A stretch of DNA of 44,273 bases from Pseudomonadota bacterium (lineage in GTDB: Bacteria; Pseudomonadota; Gammaproteobacteria; Acidithiobacillales; Acidithiobacillaceae). Below, one piece after another: positions 32,097 through 40,404 of this stretch. The position numbers and the translations under genes were made by a program. Every line of letters begins with the position of its first letter. Positions within the stretch are counted from its first letter, which is position 1. The notes under the pieces are model-generated. The model was not told where the DNA came from, did no database searches, and saw only the letters and a program-made list of their open reading frames with translations. Where the stretch lies: positions 1-44,273 of the forward strand of contig JAKAFG010000001.1 in assembly GCA_021818125.1 (NCBI GenBank). The letters are read 5' to 3'.

Positions 32097-33053
32097 GTGA
32101 GTGCCGGGCAAGGCAGTGCCATTGAACGACAAATCAGCCTGCGTCGGCTCTATGAAGACCTGGACAGCGAATTGCGCTGGCAGTGTCTGTACCAGCCTGA
32201 GGAAGACCATCATCTCTGCCGAGATTCCTCGGCGGAAGATGATGTGGGTGGGGCGGCACTGGTTGGGTTTTTCAACTTTATCCGGCCACATGCGGTGCAG
32301 ATTGCCGGGGGTTGTGAACTAACCTATCTGCGTGCCCACCCAGAGGCTATTACCCAGTTTCCGCCCCATAAGCTGCGTCTGCTCGTTGTTTGTGAAGGCC
32401 AGATGCTGGATGATCATCTCTATGAAGATCTGAAAGCCCGGCACATTGCCGTGATGGCGACGCCAATGGGCGCAAAAATAGTGCTGGCGCGGGTGCAACA
32501 CTACCTGCATCAGGAGCTGGCGCCCCGCCAGCAGGTGCATGGCGTGCTGGTCGATGTGCTCGGGGTTGGATTGCTTTTGCAGGGCGAAGCCGGCATCGGC
32601 AAGAGCGAACTGGCGCTGGAGCTGGTCAGCCGAGGTCATCGTCTGGTGGCTGATGACAGCGTGCTCTGTATCCGTGAAGCGCCGAATGTGCTGACGGGGC
32701 ATTGCCCGGCCCCGCTGCGTAATTTTCTGGAAGTACGTGGCCTGGGCATTATTAATATCCGGGAATTCTTCGGCGCCGCTGCCATCGTGTGTTCCAAGCG
32801 TATCCGGCTGGTCGTTGAAATCCAGGATATGCGCGATATGGAAATGGCGGATATCGATCGCTTGCAAGGCAAGGTGGATCACCTGGATATTCTCGGAACC
32901 CAATTGCCCCGGTTATGCATGCCTGTTTCTGCGGTGCGCAATTTGGCCGTACTGGTCGAGGCGGCGGCACGCAGCCAGTATGTAAAGGAGTCCGGTGGAG
33001 ATATGCTCGCGGATTTTGAGGCGCAGGTACGATTGAGTGTCGGGGAAGAATGA
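32097..33053 (+). CDS. hprK: HPr kinase/phosphorylase
   Basis: HGVLVDV.G.G.LL.GEAGIGKSELALEL..RGHRLVADD, LEVRGLGIINI. Confidence 0.93.
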   Translation: MSAGQGSAIERQISLRRLYEDLDSELRWQCLYQPEEDHHLCRDSSAEDDVGGAALVGFFNFIRPHAVQIAGGCELTYLRAHPEAITQFPPHKLRLLVVCEGQMLDDHLYEDLKARHIAVMATPMGAKIVLARVQHYLHQELAPRQQVHGVLVDVLGVGLLLQGEAGIGKSELALELVSRGHRLVADDSVLCIREAPNVLTGHCPAPLRNFLEVRGLGIINIREFFGAAAIVCSKRIRLVVEIQDMRDMEMADIDRLQGKVDHLDILGTQLPRLCMPVSAVRNLAVLVEAAARSQYVKESGGDMLADFEAQVRLSVGEE

Positions 33054-33952
33054 TGGCGGAGCGGGACTTTATTATCGTCAGTGGTCTATCCGGTTCAGGA
33101 AAATCTACCGTCCTGCAAGCACTGGAAGACCAAGGTTATTACTGCGTCGATAATCTGCCTGCTACCTTGTTAGTGGAGTTCGGGGCCCAACTGGCGCGGC
33201 GGGATGCCAGCTCCATGCTCGCCGCCGTGAGTATCGACGTGCGCAACCGCGAGTTTCTCGCAGCTCTGCCACAGGCGCTGGCCGAGCTGCGCGAGCGTTA
33301 CGCTTTGCGCCCGCGCATCCTTTTTCTGGAAGCGGATGAGGGTACCTTGTTGCGCCGTTTCAGTGAAACTCGCCGCCGTCATCCCCTCACCGATGACCTC
33401 GCAGCAGCCTTGGGCGAATCGCTGCTCACGGTGTTGCGGCGTGAACGCGAGATGGTCCAACCCCTTGCTGATGTGGCTGACAAGCGCCTCGACACTTCCC
33501 AGATCAATACCCATCAGTTGCGTTTGCGGGTGCAGGCATGGAGTCTGGCGTCGCATCATTACAGCGGCCTGGTCTTGCTGTTGCAGTCTTTTGCCTTCAA
33601 AAAAGGTCTGCCTTTGGATTCCGACTTCGTTTTTGATCTGCGCGCACTGCCCAATCCCCATTATAATCCCGAACTCCGCGCCCTGACGGGTCGTGACACA
33701 CCGGTGCGAGATTTTCTGGAGAAATCTCCAGAGATGGCCCATGCCTTCAATTCTTTGCGCAGCTTCCTGCAGGCATGGCTGGCGCCTTTTGCGCAAGAGC
33801 ACCGTAACTATGTGACGGTTTCTCTGGGTTGTACCGGGGGACAGCATCGCAGCGTATATATGGTGGAGGCATTGGCGCAAATACTTGCCGAAGAAGGGCA
33901 GCGTGTCCTGGTCCAGCATCGGGAACTGGGCATTACCGAGACGCTGACATGA
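33050..33952 (+). CDS. rapZ: RNase adapter RapZ (YhbJ)
   Basis: SGLSGSGKS, YCVDNLP, RRFSETRRRHPL, FDLRALPNP, GCTGGQHRSV. Confidence 0.95.
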   Translation: MMAERDFIIVSGLSGSGKSTVLQALEDQGYYCVDNLPATLLVEFGAQLARRDASSMLAAVSIDVRNREFLAALPQALAELRERYALRPRILFLEADEGTLLRRFSETRRRHPLTDDLAAALGESLLTVLRREREMVQPLADVADKRLDTSQINTHQLRLRVQAWSLASHHYSGLVLLLQSFAFKKGLPLDSDFVFDLRALPNPHYNPELRALTGRDTPVRDFLEKSPEMAHAFNSLRSFLQAWLAPFAQEHRNYVTVSLGCTGGQHRSVYMVEALAQILAEEGQRVLVQHRELGITETLT

Positions 33953-34365
33953 TTACCATCGTGCTCCTGACCCATGCGGGACTGGGTGAGGCCTTCGCGG
34001 CTGCGCTCCGGCATATTTTCGGAGTTCTGCCGCCCGCCTTGGAGGTGCTGGAAATTTTGCCTGATCAAACTCCGGAGGAAGGCCGTCGGCGTTTGTGGGG
34101 GTTGTTAGAAAAAACGGGTAACGGTGACGCTATATTGATTCTGAATGATCTCTATGGTGCTACCCCCGCTAATCTCATTCCGGCCATTCTCCCGGAGGGC
34201 CGGGTAGCTGCGGTGAGTGGCCTTAATCTGGCGATGCTCCTGCGCGCCTTATCGCGGCGTGGTGAAGGACTGGCGGCAGCACGTCAGGGTGCTCTGGAAG
34301 GCGGCATCCAGGGTGTCGTCGATATTCTCGAACAGCGACCGCGACTATGCTCTGAGGATACCTGA
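33949..34365 (+). CDS. PTS EIIA, mannose type
   Basis: IVLLTH, DLYGATPAN, VSGLNLAMLLRAL; ATGA overlap with rapZ. Confidence 0.88.
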   Translation: MITIVLLTHAGLGEAFAAALRHIFGVLPPALEVLEILPDQTPEEGRRRLWGLLEKTGNGDAILILNDLYGATPANLIPAILPEGRVAAVSGLNLAMLLRALSRRGEGLAAARQGALEGGIQGVVDILEQRPRLCSEDT

Positions 34366-34394
34366 GTGATTTTTGTTCATGAGAAGAGAGGCAA

Positions 34395-34673
34395 GTGCCT
34401 GTGACCCTGCGCCTAGACTATCCCATTATCAATCAACTCGGTTTGCATGCGCGGCCTTCGGCTAAATTTGTCAGCCTCTCGGTGCGCTATCCCTGCGCGG
34501 TCTGGTTGGCGCGTAATGGTCAGCGGGTCAATGGTAAGAGCATCATGGGGCTAATGACCCTCGCCGCGGCGCAGGGGACCATTCTGACCCTGGAAACGGA
34601 TGGTGAGGGTGAGCAGGCTTGTGCTGATGCCTTGCTCGCACTTGCGGCGGATCGTTTTGGGGAAGAATCATGA
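34395..34673 (+). CDS. ptsH: Phosphocarrier protein HPr
   Basis: GLHARP (His15 equivalent) and GKSIMGLMTL (Ser46 equivalent). Confidence 0.92.
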   Translation: MPVTLRLDYPIINQLGLHARPSAKFVSLSVRYPCAVWLARNGQRVNGKSIMGLMTLAAAQGTILTLETDGEGEQACADALLALAADRFGEES

Positions 34674-36382
34674 GTTTTGAACTGGCGGGGATTGGTGCCT
34701 CCGGCGGCATCGCCATCGGCAGGGCGCTGGTACTTGAGCCCACCACCCTCGATATTCCTGAGCATTTACTGCTGCCTGAAGCCGTAGAGCCGGAAGTGTT
34801 GCGCCTGCGTGCGGCCTTGAGCAGCGCCCGGGATGAGCTGTTCTCGGTGCGCGACGCGATCCCGAGCGATGCCCCGCAAGATACGCGTCTTTTTATCGAT
34901 GCGCACTTGTTGATGCTCGATGATCCGGCGCTGCGCGAGCGGCCCTTGCGGTCTATTCGTGATGAACATCGCAATGCAGCATGGGCTATCCATTTGGAGC
35001 GGGAGCGGCTGCTGGAGATTTTTGACCGCATGGAAGACGCGTATTTGCGCGCCAAGCGGGAAGATATTATTCAGGTGATAGACCGGGTTCTGCGCCATCT
35101 GATTGGTGTAAAGACCCCCGTCCTGCAGAGCGCCGAGGGCCAGATCATCATCGCCGAAGATCTGACGCCGGCCGATACGGTGTTGATGAAAAAAGACAAG
35201 GTGCTCGCCTGGGTAACCGACTTTGGTGCAGCGAACTCTCACTCCGCTATTCTGGCCAGAAGTCTCGGACTTCCGGCCGTGGTCGGCACGCACTCGGCGA
35301 CGCGCCTGCTGCGCAGTGGTGATGTGGTGATTGTCGATGGGGACCAGGGTATCCTGCTGGTTGCGCCGGATGCCCTGATATTGCGGCAATATCAGGCTTT
35401 GCAGGAGCAGCGGCAACGGCGTCGGCGGTTGTTGGAAGAGCAGCGCGATCTGCCCGCGATAACTGTAGACGGGGTGCCTATTTATCTGCGCGCTAATATT
35501 GAATTGCCAGATGATATCGATATGGTGCGGCGCATGAATGCGGATGGTGTCGGCCTTTATCGCAGCGAGTTTCTCTTCATGAATCGCCCGGACATCCCGG
35601 ATGAGGAAGAGCAATTCCACGCCTTTGCCCGAGTGGTAGAGCAGATGGATGGGGCACCAGTGACCATCCGTTCTCTCGACATCGGCGCCGACAAGGGCCT
35701 GCGTGATGACGATGCGGGGCTCCACGCTGCGCTCAATCCGGCCCTTGGCTTGCGCGGGCTGCGTCTTTGTCTGCGGCGTCCGGAATGGTTCCGGCCGCAT
35801 CTGCGCGCCATTCTTCGCGCTTCGGCATTGGGGCCGATACGACTGATGCTGCCCATGCTCAGCAGTATGGGGCAATTACTGCAAACCCGGGCGCTGGTCA
35901 GTGAGTTGCAGACAGAATTGCGCGCCGAAGGGCACGCCTGTGATGTGGATATGCCGCTGGGCATTATGGTGGAAGTGCCTGCCGTGGCCATGGCAGCGCA
36001 CTACTTTGCCGGGCGGGCAGATTTTTTCTCCATCGGCACTAACGATCTGATTCAGTACGCGCTGGCAGTGGATCGCGGTGATGATGACGTCAATGATCTC
36101 TTTGACCCCCTGCATGCCGGGGTATTGGCGATGATTCAATACACCATCACCGCCGGTCATGCACGGGGCATCCCGGTAGCGATGTGCGGCGAGATGGCGG
36201 CGAACCCGGCCTTTACAGCGCTGTTACTGGGATTGGGGTTGCGTGAATTCAGCATGTATCCCGGCGCTATTCCCGAGGTCAAGGAGGTGATCCGGCAGAC
36301 CACTATCGCGGATGCGGAGGCGCTGGCTGCCCGCGCGCTTTCCGGAGAATGGCCGGTGCTGACGGGGGGCGGGCATAGTTAG
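34670..36382 (+). CDS. ptsI: PEP-protein phosphotransferase, enzyme I (no GAF domain)
   Basis: SHSAILARSLG, GVGLYRSEFLF, NPALGLRG.R, MVEVP, FSIGTNDLIQY, MCGEMA. Confidence 0.95.
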   Translation: MSFELAGIGASGGIAIGRALVLEPTTLDIPEHLLLPEAVEPEVLRLRAALSSARDELFSVRDAIPSDAPQDTRLFIDAHLLMLDDPALRERPLRSIRDEHRNAAWAIHLERERLLEIFDRMEDAYLRAKREDIIQVIDRVLRHLIGVKTPVLQSAEGQIIIAEDLTPADTVLMKKDKVLAWVTDFGAANSHSAILARSLGLPAVVGTHSATRLLRSGDVVIVDGDQGILLVAPDALILRQYQALQEQRQRRRRLLEEQRDLPAITVDGVPIYLRANIELPDDIDMVRRMNADGVGLYRSEFLFMNRPDIPDEEEQFHAFARVVEQMDGAPVTIRSLDIGADKGLRDDDAGLHAALNPALGLRGLRLCLRRPEWFRPHLRAILRASALGPIRLMLPMLSSMGQLLQTRALVSELQTELRAEGHACDVDMPLGIMVEVPAVAMAAHYFAGRADFFSIGTNDLIQYALAVDRGDDDVNDLFDPLHAGVLAMIQYTITAGHARGIPVAMCGEMAANPAFTALLLGLGLREFSMYPGAIPEVKEVIRQTTIADAEALAARALSGEWPVLTGGGHS

Positions 36383-36419
36383 GCTGAGCCTGCGCAGGAT
36401 TACGACGTCTGTTATCGTC

Positions 36420-37652
36420 GTGTTGATCCTCATCGTTTCGGCTGCTGTGCTGTTTTGGTTCGTGGGTGGTCCCCGCTACGTTTTAGAGGGGGTCTTGGCT
36501 GCCCGCTTGCAGCGGCCGGTGCATCTCGCCGCCAACCCGGAATGGCATTGGGGAAAACAAGAATTGCGATTCACGTTACCGGGTCTGCGCGTCGGCCCGG
36601 CGGCCCACCCTCAGTTCAGCGCCAGTCGACTCATGGTGGTGTTAGACTGGCGCCCCCTCCTGCACGGCCAGGTGCAACTCCAGCAAATCGTACTCGATGC
36701 GCCTGTGCTTAACGGGCCATGGAAAGGCGCCGCTAACGCAGGTGGTGCTGCGCTTTCCCTGCCAGGTAAGATGATAATTCGCGATGGCACGCTGCGCTGG
36801 CCGGGTGTGGCCGGACATACCCTGTCCCTAACGGCCGTGAATGGGCAGGTGCTGGCGAAGGGACCCAGTCAGTTGGCGGGTGGCTGGCACTGGCGGGGAA
36901 AAGGCGGGCGCTGGCATTTTGCGGCCGAGATGGGGTCGGCGCCTGCGCTGTTCGCGCGGAATATTTCTTTGCAAGTGGGTACAACGCTTGATCCGACGCT
37001 GCTGCAGGTGGCTATTCCGACGCTCCAAAGCGCGGCAAAGGACATGGTCTTGCCGACGTTGCGCGTCCGCTGGCAAGCGCGTGGGCAAGGTCCGGCACAG
37101 TTGCGCTTGCAGGCGTTACGTCTGAACATGGCGCAAAGCCAGCTTGCGGTGCAGGAAGGCGCGCTGACAGTGGGGGATGACCTGGCACTCCAAGTCCAAA
37201 CAGTGGGTCTTAACTGGAAGATATTGCGGGGTCATCTGGCCTATCAGATCACCATCCGGCGCTTGCCCCAGTTGGCCACCCGCTGGGGGCTGTCCCTGCC
37301 GAAGTGGACAGACCCTAATGCTTTGCAACGATTGACGTCGACGGGCACAATCCAGTTAGACAATCCCTATTTCCAGTGGGCTGTCACCCAGAGCGAGTTG
37401 GATGACAGCGCCTGGACGGGCAAAATATCCGGGACCTGGAACCCGCTGGCTATTCATGTCAATCTGCGCGTGGCGCAACTCAATCTCGGCCGCTATCTGC
37501 CTGCTCCCCAACCGGGCACAGCGTCGCCGCTTCCCGCAGTACCGCAGCAGTGGCCAGTGACTGGTGAAATTCACATCGCAAAGCTGCTTTGGGGTAAAAT
37601 TAGCGCCCGCGATCTGGTTATTCGCAGCACAGCCTCCAAGGCGCGGCCATGA
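36420..37652 (+). CDS. AsmA-family-like membrane-anchored protein (true start probably further upstream)
   Basis: N-terminal TM helix, LDWRPLLHGQVQLQQIVLDAPVL, LNLGRYLP; the asmA-mutY-yggX order is common. Confidence 0.7.
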   Translation: MLILIVSAAVLFWFVGGPRYVLEGVLAARLQRPVHLAANPEWHWGKQELRFTLPGLRVGPAAHPQFSASRLMVVLDWRPLLHGQVQLQQIVLDAPVLNGPWKGAANAGGAALSLPGKMIIRDGTLRWPGVAGHTLSLTAVNGQVLAKGPSQLAGGWHWRGKGGRWHFAAEMGSAPALFARNISLQVGTTLDPTLLQVAIPTLQSAAKDMVLPTLRVRWQARGQGPAQLRLQALRLNMAQSQLAVQEGALTVGDDLALQVQTVGLNWKILRGHLAYQITIRRLPQLATRWGLSLPKWTDPNALQRLTSTGTIQLDNPYFQWAVTQSELDDSAWTGKISGTWNPLAIHVNLRVAQLNLGRYLPAPQPGTASPLPAVPQQWPVTGEIHIAKLLWGKISARDLVIRSTASKARP

Positions 37653-38758
37653 TCCCCATCGCCGAAACCCTGCTGGACTGGTACGCCCGCCACGGGCGCC
37701 ACGACCTGCCGTGGCGCCAGACCCGCGATCCCTATCGCCTCTGGCTTGCAGAAATCATGTTGCAGCAAACCCAGGTGGAGAGCGCCAAGCCGTATTACGT
37801 CCGCTTTCTGCAAGCCTTGCCGAACTGGCGGGCACTGGCAGCGGCGCCGCAGGATCAAGTGCTCGCCCTGTGGAGTGGGCTCGGTTATTACGCCCGTGCC
37901 CGCAACGCCCAGCGCGCGGCGCAGGAGGTGGTCACGGGCTTCGGCGGCCACTTTCCCGATACCCTCGAAGATGCCGTCACCCTGCCGGGAGTGGGCCGCA
38001 GTACTGCCGCTGCGGTGCTCGCCAGTGCTTTCGGACAAAGACAGGCCATCCTCGACGCCAATGCCCGGCGCGTGCTCATCCGTAGCCATGCCATAGATGC
38101 TGATCCGAAGGCCGCTGCAACGCAGCAGTGGCTCTGGACACTGGCCAGCGCCCTTACTCCTGAGGATGCCCATGGCTACAATCAGGCCATTCAGGACCTC
38201 GGTGCCATGATCTGCACCCCACGCCAGCCGCGCTGCCCGAATTGCCCTTTGGCTAGCCGTTGTATGGCCCATGCCCAAGGACGCAGTCATGCCCTGCCCG
38301 TGACGGTTAACAGGCCCCCAAAACCGCAGCGCTGTGCCTTTTTTCTCCTGGTCGCGGATATGGAAGGGCGGATATTGCTGGAAAAACGGCCGGATTCCGG
38401 CATCTGGGGCGGGCTCTGGTGCCTACCGCAGGCGGCGCCCGATGGCGGCGAATTTTCCATCCTTTGCAACGATACCCTTCATCCGCTGGAAGACACCCCT
38501 GCCGTACGGCAATTTTTGCAAGAGGCATGGTCGCGTCGTTTGAGGCTGGATCTCCAGTTGATGGCGCTGGAGGAAGAGCAGCAACATGTTTTTACCCACT
38601 TCCAGTTGCGTTTTCGCTGTGCGCATGCGCGCGTTTTGGACAGCGCTGTTGCGGATTCGGCCGCCACTCTGCGCTGGTATCGTCCCGCAGACGCTCTGAC
38701 ACAAGGTTTGCCCACGCCCATTCGACGAATTCTAAGGAATCTCGGCGGCGGTCGCTGA
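37649..38758 (+). CDS. mutY: A/G-specific adenine glycosylase
   Basis: GRHDLPWR, EIMLQQTQV, WSGLGYYARARN, LPGVGRSTA, CxxxxxxCxxCxxxxxC 4Fe-4S motif. Confidence 0.96.
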   Translation: MIPIAETLLDWYARHGRHDLPWRQTRDPYRLWLAEIMLQQTQVESAKPYYVRFLQALPNWRALAAAPQDQVLALWSGLGYYARARNAQRAAQEVVTGFGGHFPDTLEDAVTLPGVGRSTAAAVLASAFGQRQAILDANARRVLIRSHAIDADPKAAATQQWLWTLASALTPEDAHGYNQAIQDLGAMICTPRQPRCPNCPLASRCMAHAQGRSHALPVTVNRPPKPQRCAFFLLVADMEGRILLEKRPDSGIWGGLWCLPQAAPDGGEFSILCNDTLHPLEDTPAVRQFLQEAWSRRLRLDLQLMALEEEQQHVFTHFQLRFRCAHARVLDSAVADSAATLRWYRPADALTQGLPTPIRRILRNLGGGR

Positions 38759-38887
38759 TCCTCTATTTTGCTACGTGTACCGCCAAGTTAAGCAGCCATG
38801 CCGTGCGGCTTATTCCTGAGCGGCGAGTTCAGGTAATATAGAGCCACACAGCGTTATCCATCCCAGAACCATTGAGGAACTTCCGTT

Positions 38888-39160
38888 ATGTCACGAATGG
38901 TACAGTGCGTAAAACTTGGCCACGAGGCCGAAGGTCTTGATCGTCCGCCTTATCCTGGCGCCCTTGGCGCGCGAATTTATCAAGAGGTCTCTAAGGAGGC
39001 CTGGCAGGGTTGGCTCAAACATCAGACCATGCTCATCAACGAATACCGTCTTTCTCCCATTGATCCCAAGTCGCGGACATTTCTGGAAAAACAGATGGAT
39101 GCCTATTTCTTTGGCGAGGGTGCCCCGGCACCTGAAGGCTACATACCGCCTGCGCCCTAA
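38888..39160 (+). CDS. yggX: Fe(II)-trafficking / oxidative damage protection protein YggX
   Basis: [29 protein letters not shown]. Confidence 0.94.
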   Translation: MSRMVQCVKLGHEAEGLDRPPYPGALGARIYQEVSKEAWQGWLKHQTMLINEYRLSPIDPKSRTFLEKQMDAYFFGEGAPAPEGYIPPAP

Positions 39161-39222
39161 AACCCCTTAATAGATGCTACAGGGCGCTTTCCGGAGTGCC
39201 CCGCAATCCGCGCAGACCCTGA

Positions 39223-39240
39223 CGTCGTTGCCGGACGACA
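39223..39240. promoter_or_regulatory. Putative enhancer-binding-protein site 1 (GlrR/QseF-like)
   Basis: CGTCGT-tgccgg-ACGACA, a 7/8 match to TGTC-N10-GACA with a perfect GTCGT/ACGAC inverted repeat. Confidence 0.6.
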
Positions 39241-39288
39241 GGCGCGAAGCGCGCCAGACCAAGCCGTTATTGCAAGGCTGCCAAGTCC

Positions 39289-39306
39289 TGTCGCCTAAAG
39301 GTGACG
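39289..39306. promoter_or_regulatory. Putative enhancer-binding-protein site 2 (GlrR/QseF-like)
   Basis: TGTCGCC-taaa-GGTGACG, a 7/8 match to TGTC-N10-GACA. Confidence 0.6.
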
Positions 39307-39564
39307 CACTGGCTTCTCTTCCTTGTTCCCTCTTCCCTGTTTTTGCTTGGGTGATGGTGATGCATTTCTGTCTTTTGTCCTCGTACGCTGTTTGTTAACA
39401 CCATGTATATATGAATGCTTTTTTAAAGTGATGTCTGTTCAGCATCCAAAAGACGCGAGGCGGAGCTCCTTCCCACCTGCAGGCACATCGGATATAAGCG
39501 ACTCATCAACGCTCTCCAATGCCGGGTGGTAAAATAATATCAATTAAAAACATACAATTAAATG

Positions 39565-39581
39565 TTGGCACGACTCGTGCT
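39565..39581 (+). promoter_or_regulatory. Sigma-54 (-24/-12) promoter
   Basis: TTGGCACGACTCGTGCT matches TGGCAC-N5-(T)TGCW with exact GG-N10-GC spacing; AT-rich tract just upstream; about 75 nt before ATG39656. Confidence 0.75.
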
Positions 39582-39655
39582 TTTGCCTCTTCGCTGTCGA
39601 AAAACGGCACCGCCGAGCGCGGAAACTGGAACCACTTTTTGAGGAGAGCTTACCA

Positions 39656-39919
39656 ATGAAGAAGATTGTTGCCCTGACGGCTGCCCTGTCCTTCCTGACT
39701 GCCACTGCTGCCTTTGCTACCGAAGTCCCCGCCGCCGCAAAGGCCCCGGAAAAGACCATGGAGCACAAAGCCCCTATGCACAAGGCCATGGAGAAGAAGA
39801 CCGAGCACAAGAAGATTGAGCACAAGAAGGTCGAAAAAAAGGCTCCTGAGCACAAAGTGATGGAGAAAAAGTCCGAAGTGAAGAAGCCTGTCGAGAAGAA
39901 GGCTGAGCCTGCGGCCTAG
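39656..39919 (+). CDS. Small secreted Lys/Glu/His-repeat protein, Asr (acid shock protein)-like
   Basis: SD GAGGAG; Sec signal MKKIVAL..AAFA; low-complexity mature part ending in EPAA; own terminator. Confidence 0.85.
   Translation: MKKIVALTAALSFLTATAAFATEVPAAAKAPEKTMEHKAPMHKAMEKKTEHKKIEHKKVEKKAPEHKVMEKKSEVKKPVEKKAEPAA
39759..39901 (+). repeat. Degenerate 15-nt (5-residue) coding repeats
   Basis: GAGCACAAGAAG at 39803 and 39818; xE(H/K)K(K)-type units recur through the ORF. Confidence 0.7.
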
Positions 39920-39970
39920 GGATTTATCGGGTTGCGCCTCTGCGGCCTGACCTGCTGAGTTCTGATTTCT

Positions 39971-40002
39971 AAACCTGGGGTTTAAAAACCCCAGGTTTTT
40001 TT
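39971..40002 (+). terminator. Strong Rho-independent terminator
   Basis: AAACCTGGGGTTT-AA-AAACCCCAGGTTT followed by TTTT. Confidence 0.92.
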
Positions 40003-40006
40003 GATA

Positions 40007-40016
40007 TCTGCGATTC
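40007..40016 (+). repeat. Left copy of the 10-bp direct repeat TCTGCGATTC
   Basis: Identical to 42762-42771; also part of the palindrome CTGCGA-T-TCGCAG (40008-40020). Confidence 0.6.
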
Positions 40017-40404
40017 GCAGCATTCAGACATTATCCCCGTCAAAATCTATAATGCAGACTCATGTTGATCAAACGGCCCGGACCCGGCAGCAGCGTTCCG
40101 TACGACATGAGCCGCTGGCCCAGATAAACCCCGCCTAACGAGGCTGCTAGTAAAACTGGTTGAGGGCGTTTTCCAGATGCGGTCTCCCGGCTTGGCGAAT
40201 TTTCTGATGTTTAAGACGGGTTATGGTCGAAGTTACGTTTGGCGCCAGACAACGTTGGCTCGCTGACAAATGTATAAACATCACAGTAGATAGTTGGTGC
40301 AAGTTATATCAAAAGGTGCATGGCATCCAAAAACATTATTATTACTCATTGCTGTAAGGATAGACTAAAATTCTACTACCGAACCCCAAAGGGATAATTA
40401 TGTC

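Noticed and set aside
39530-39562. IHF site upstream of the sigma-54 promoter
   Set aside because: TATCAA is present but the TTR part of WATCAA-N4-TTR is not; counted only as an AT-rich, possibly bendable tract
39759-39901. Repeats as a CRISPR array or non-coding tandem array
   Set aside because: They are degenerate in-frame coding repeats without spacers, and there are no cas genes
39161-40404. A GlmY/GlmZ-type sRNA in the intergenic regions near the kinase
   Set aside because: The sigma-54 promoter leads into an ORF with a strong SD, and I recognised no GlmY-like sequence or second terminator; a covariance search is needed to exclude it fully
40020-40404. A second sigma-54 promoter for the propeller-porin genes
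   Set aside because: The TGGC occurrences I checked lack GC at the required 10-nt spacing
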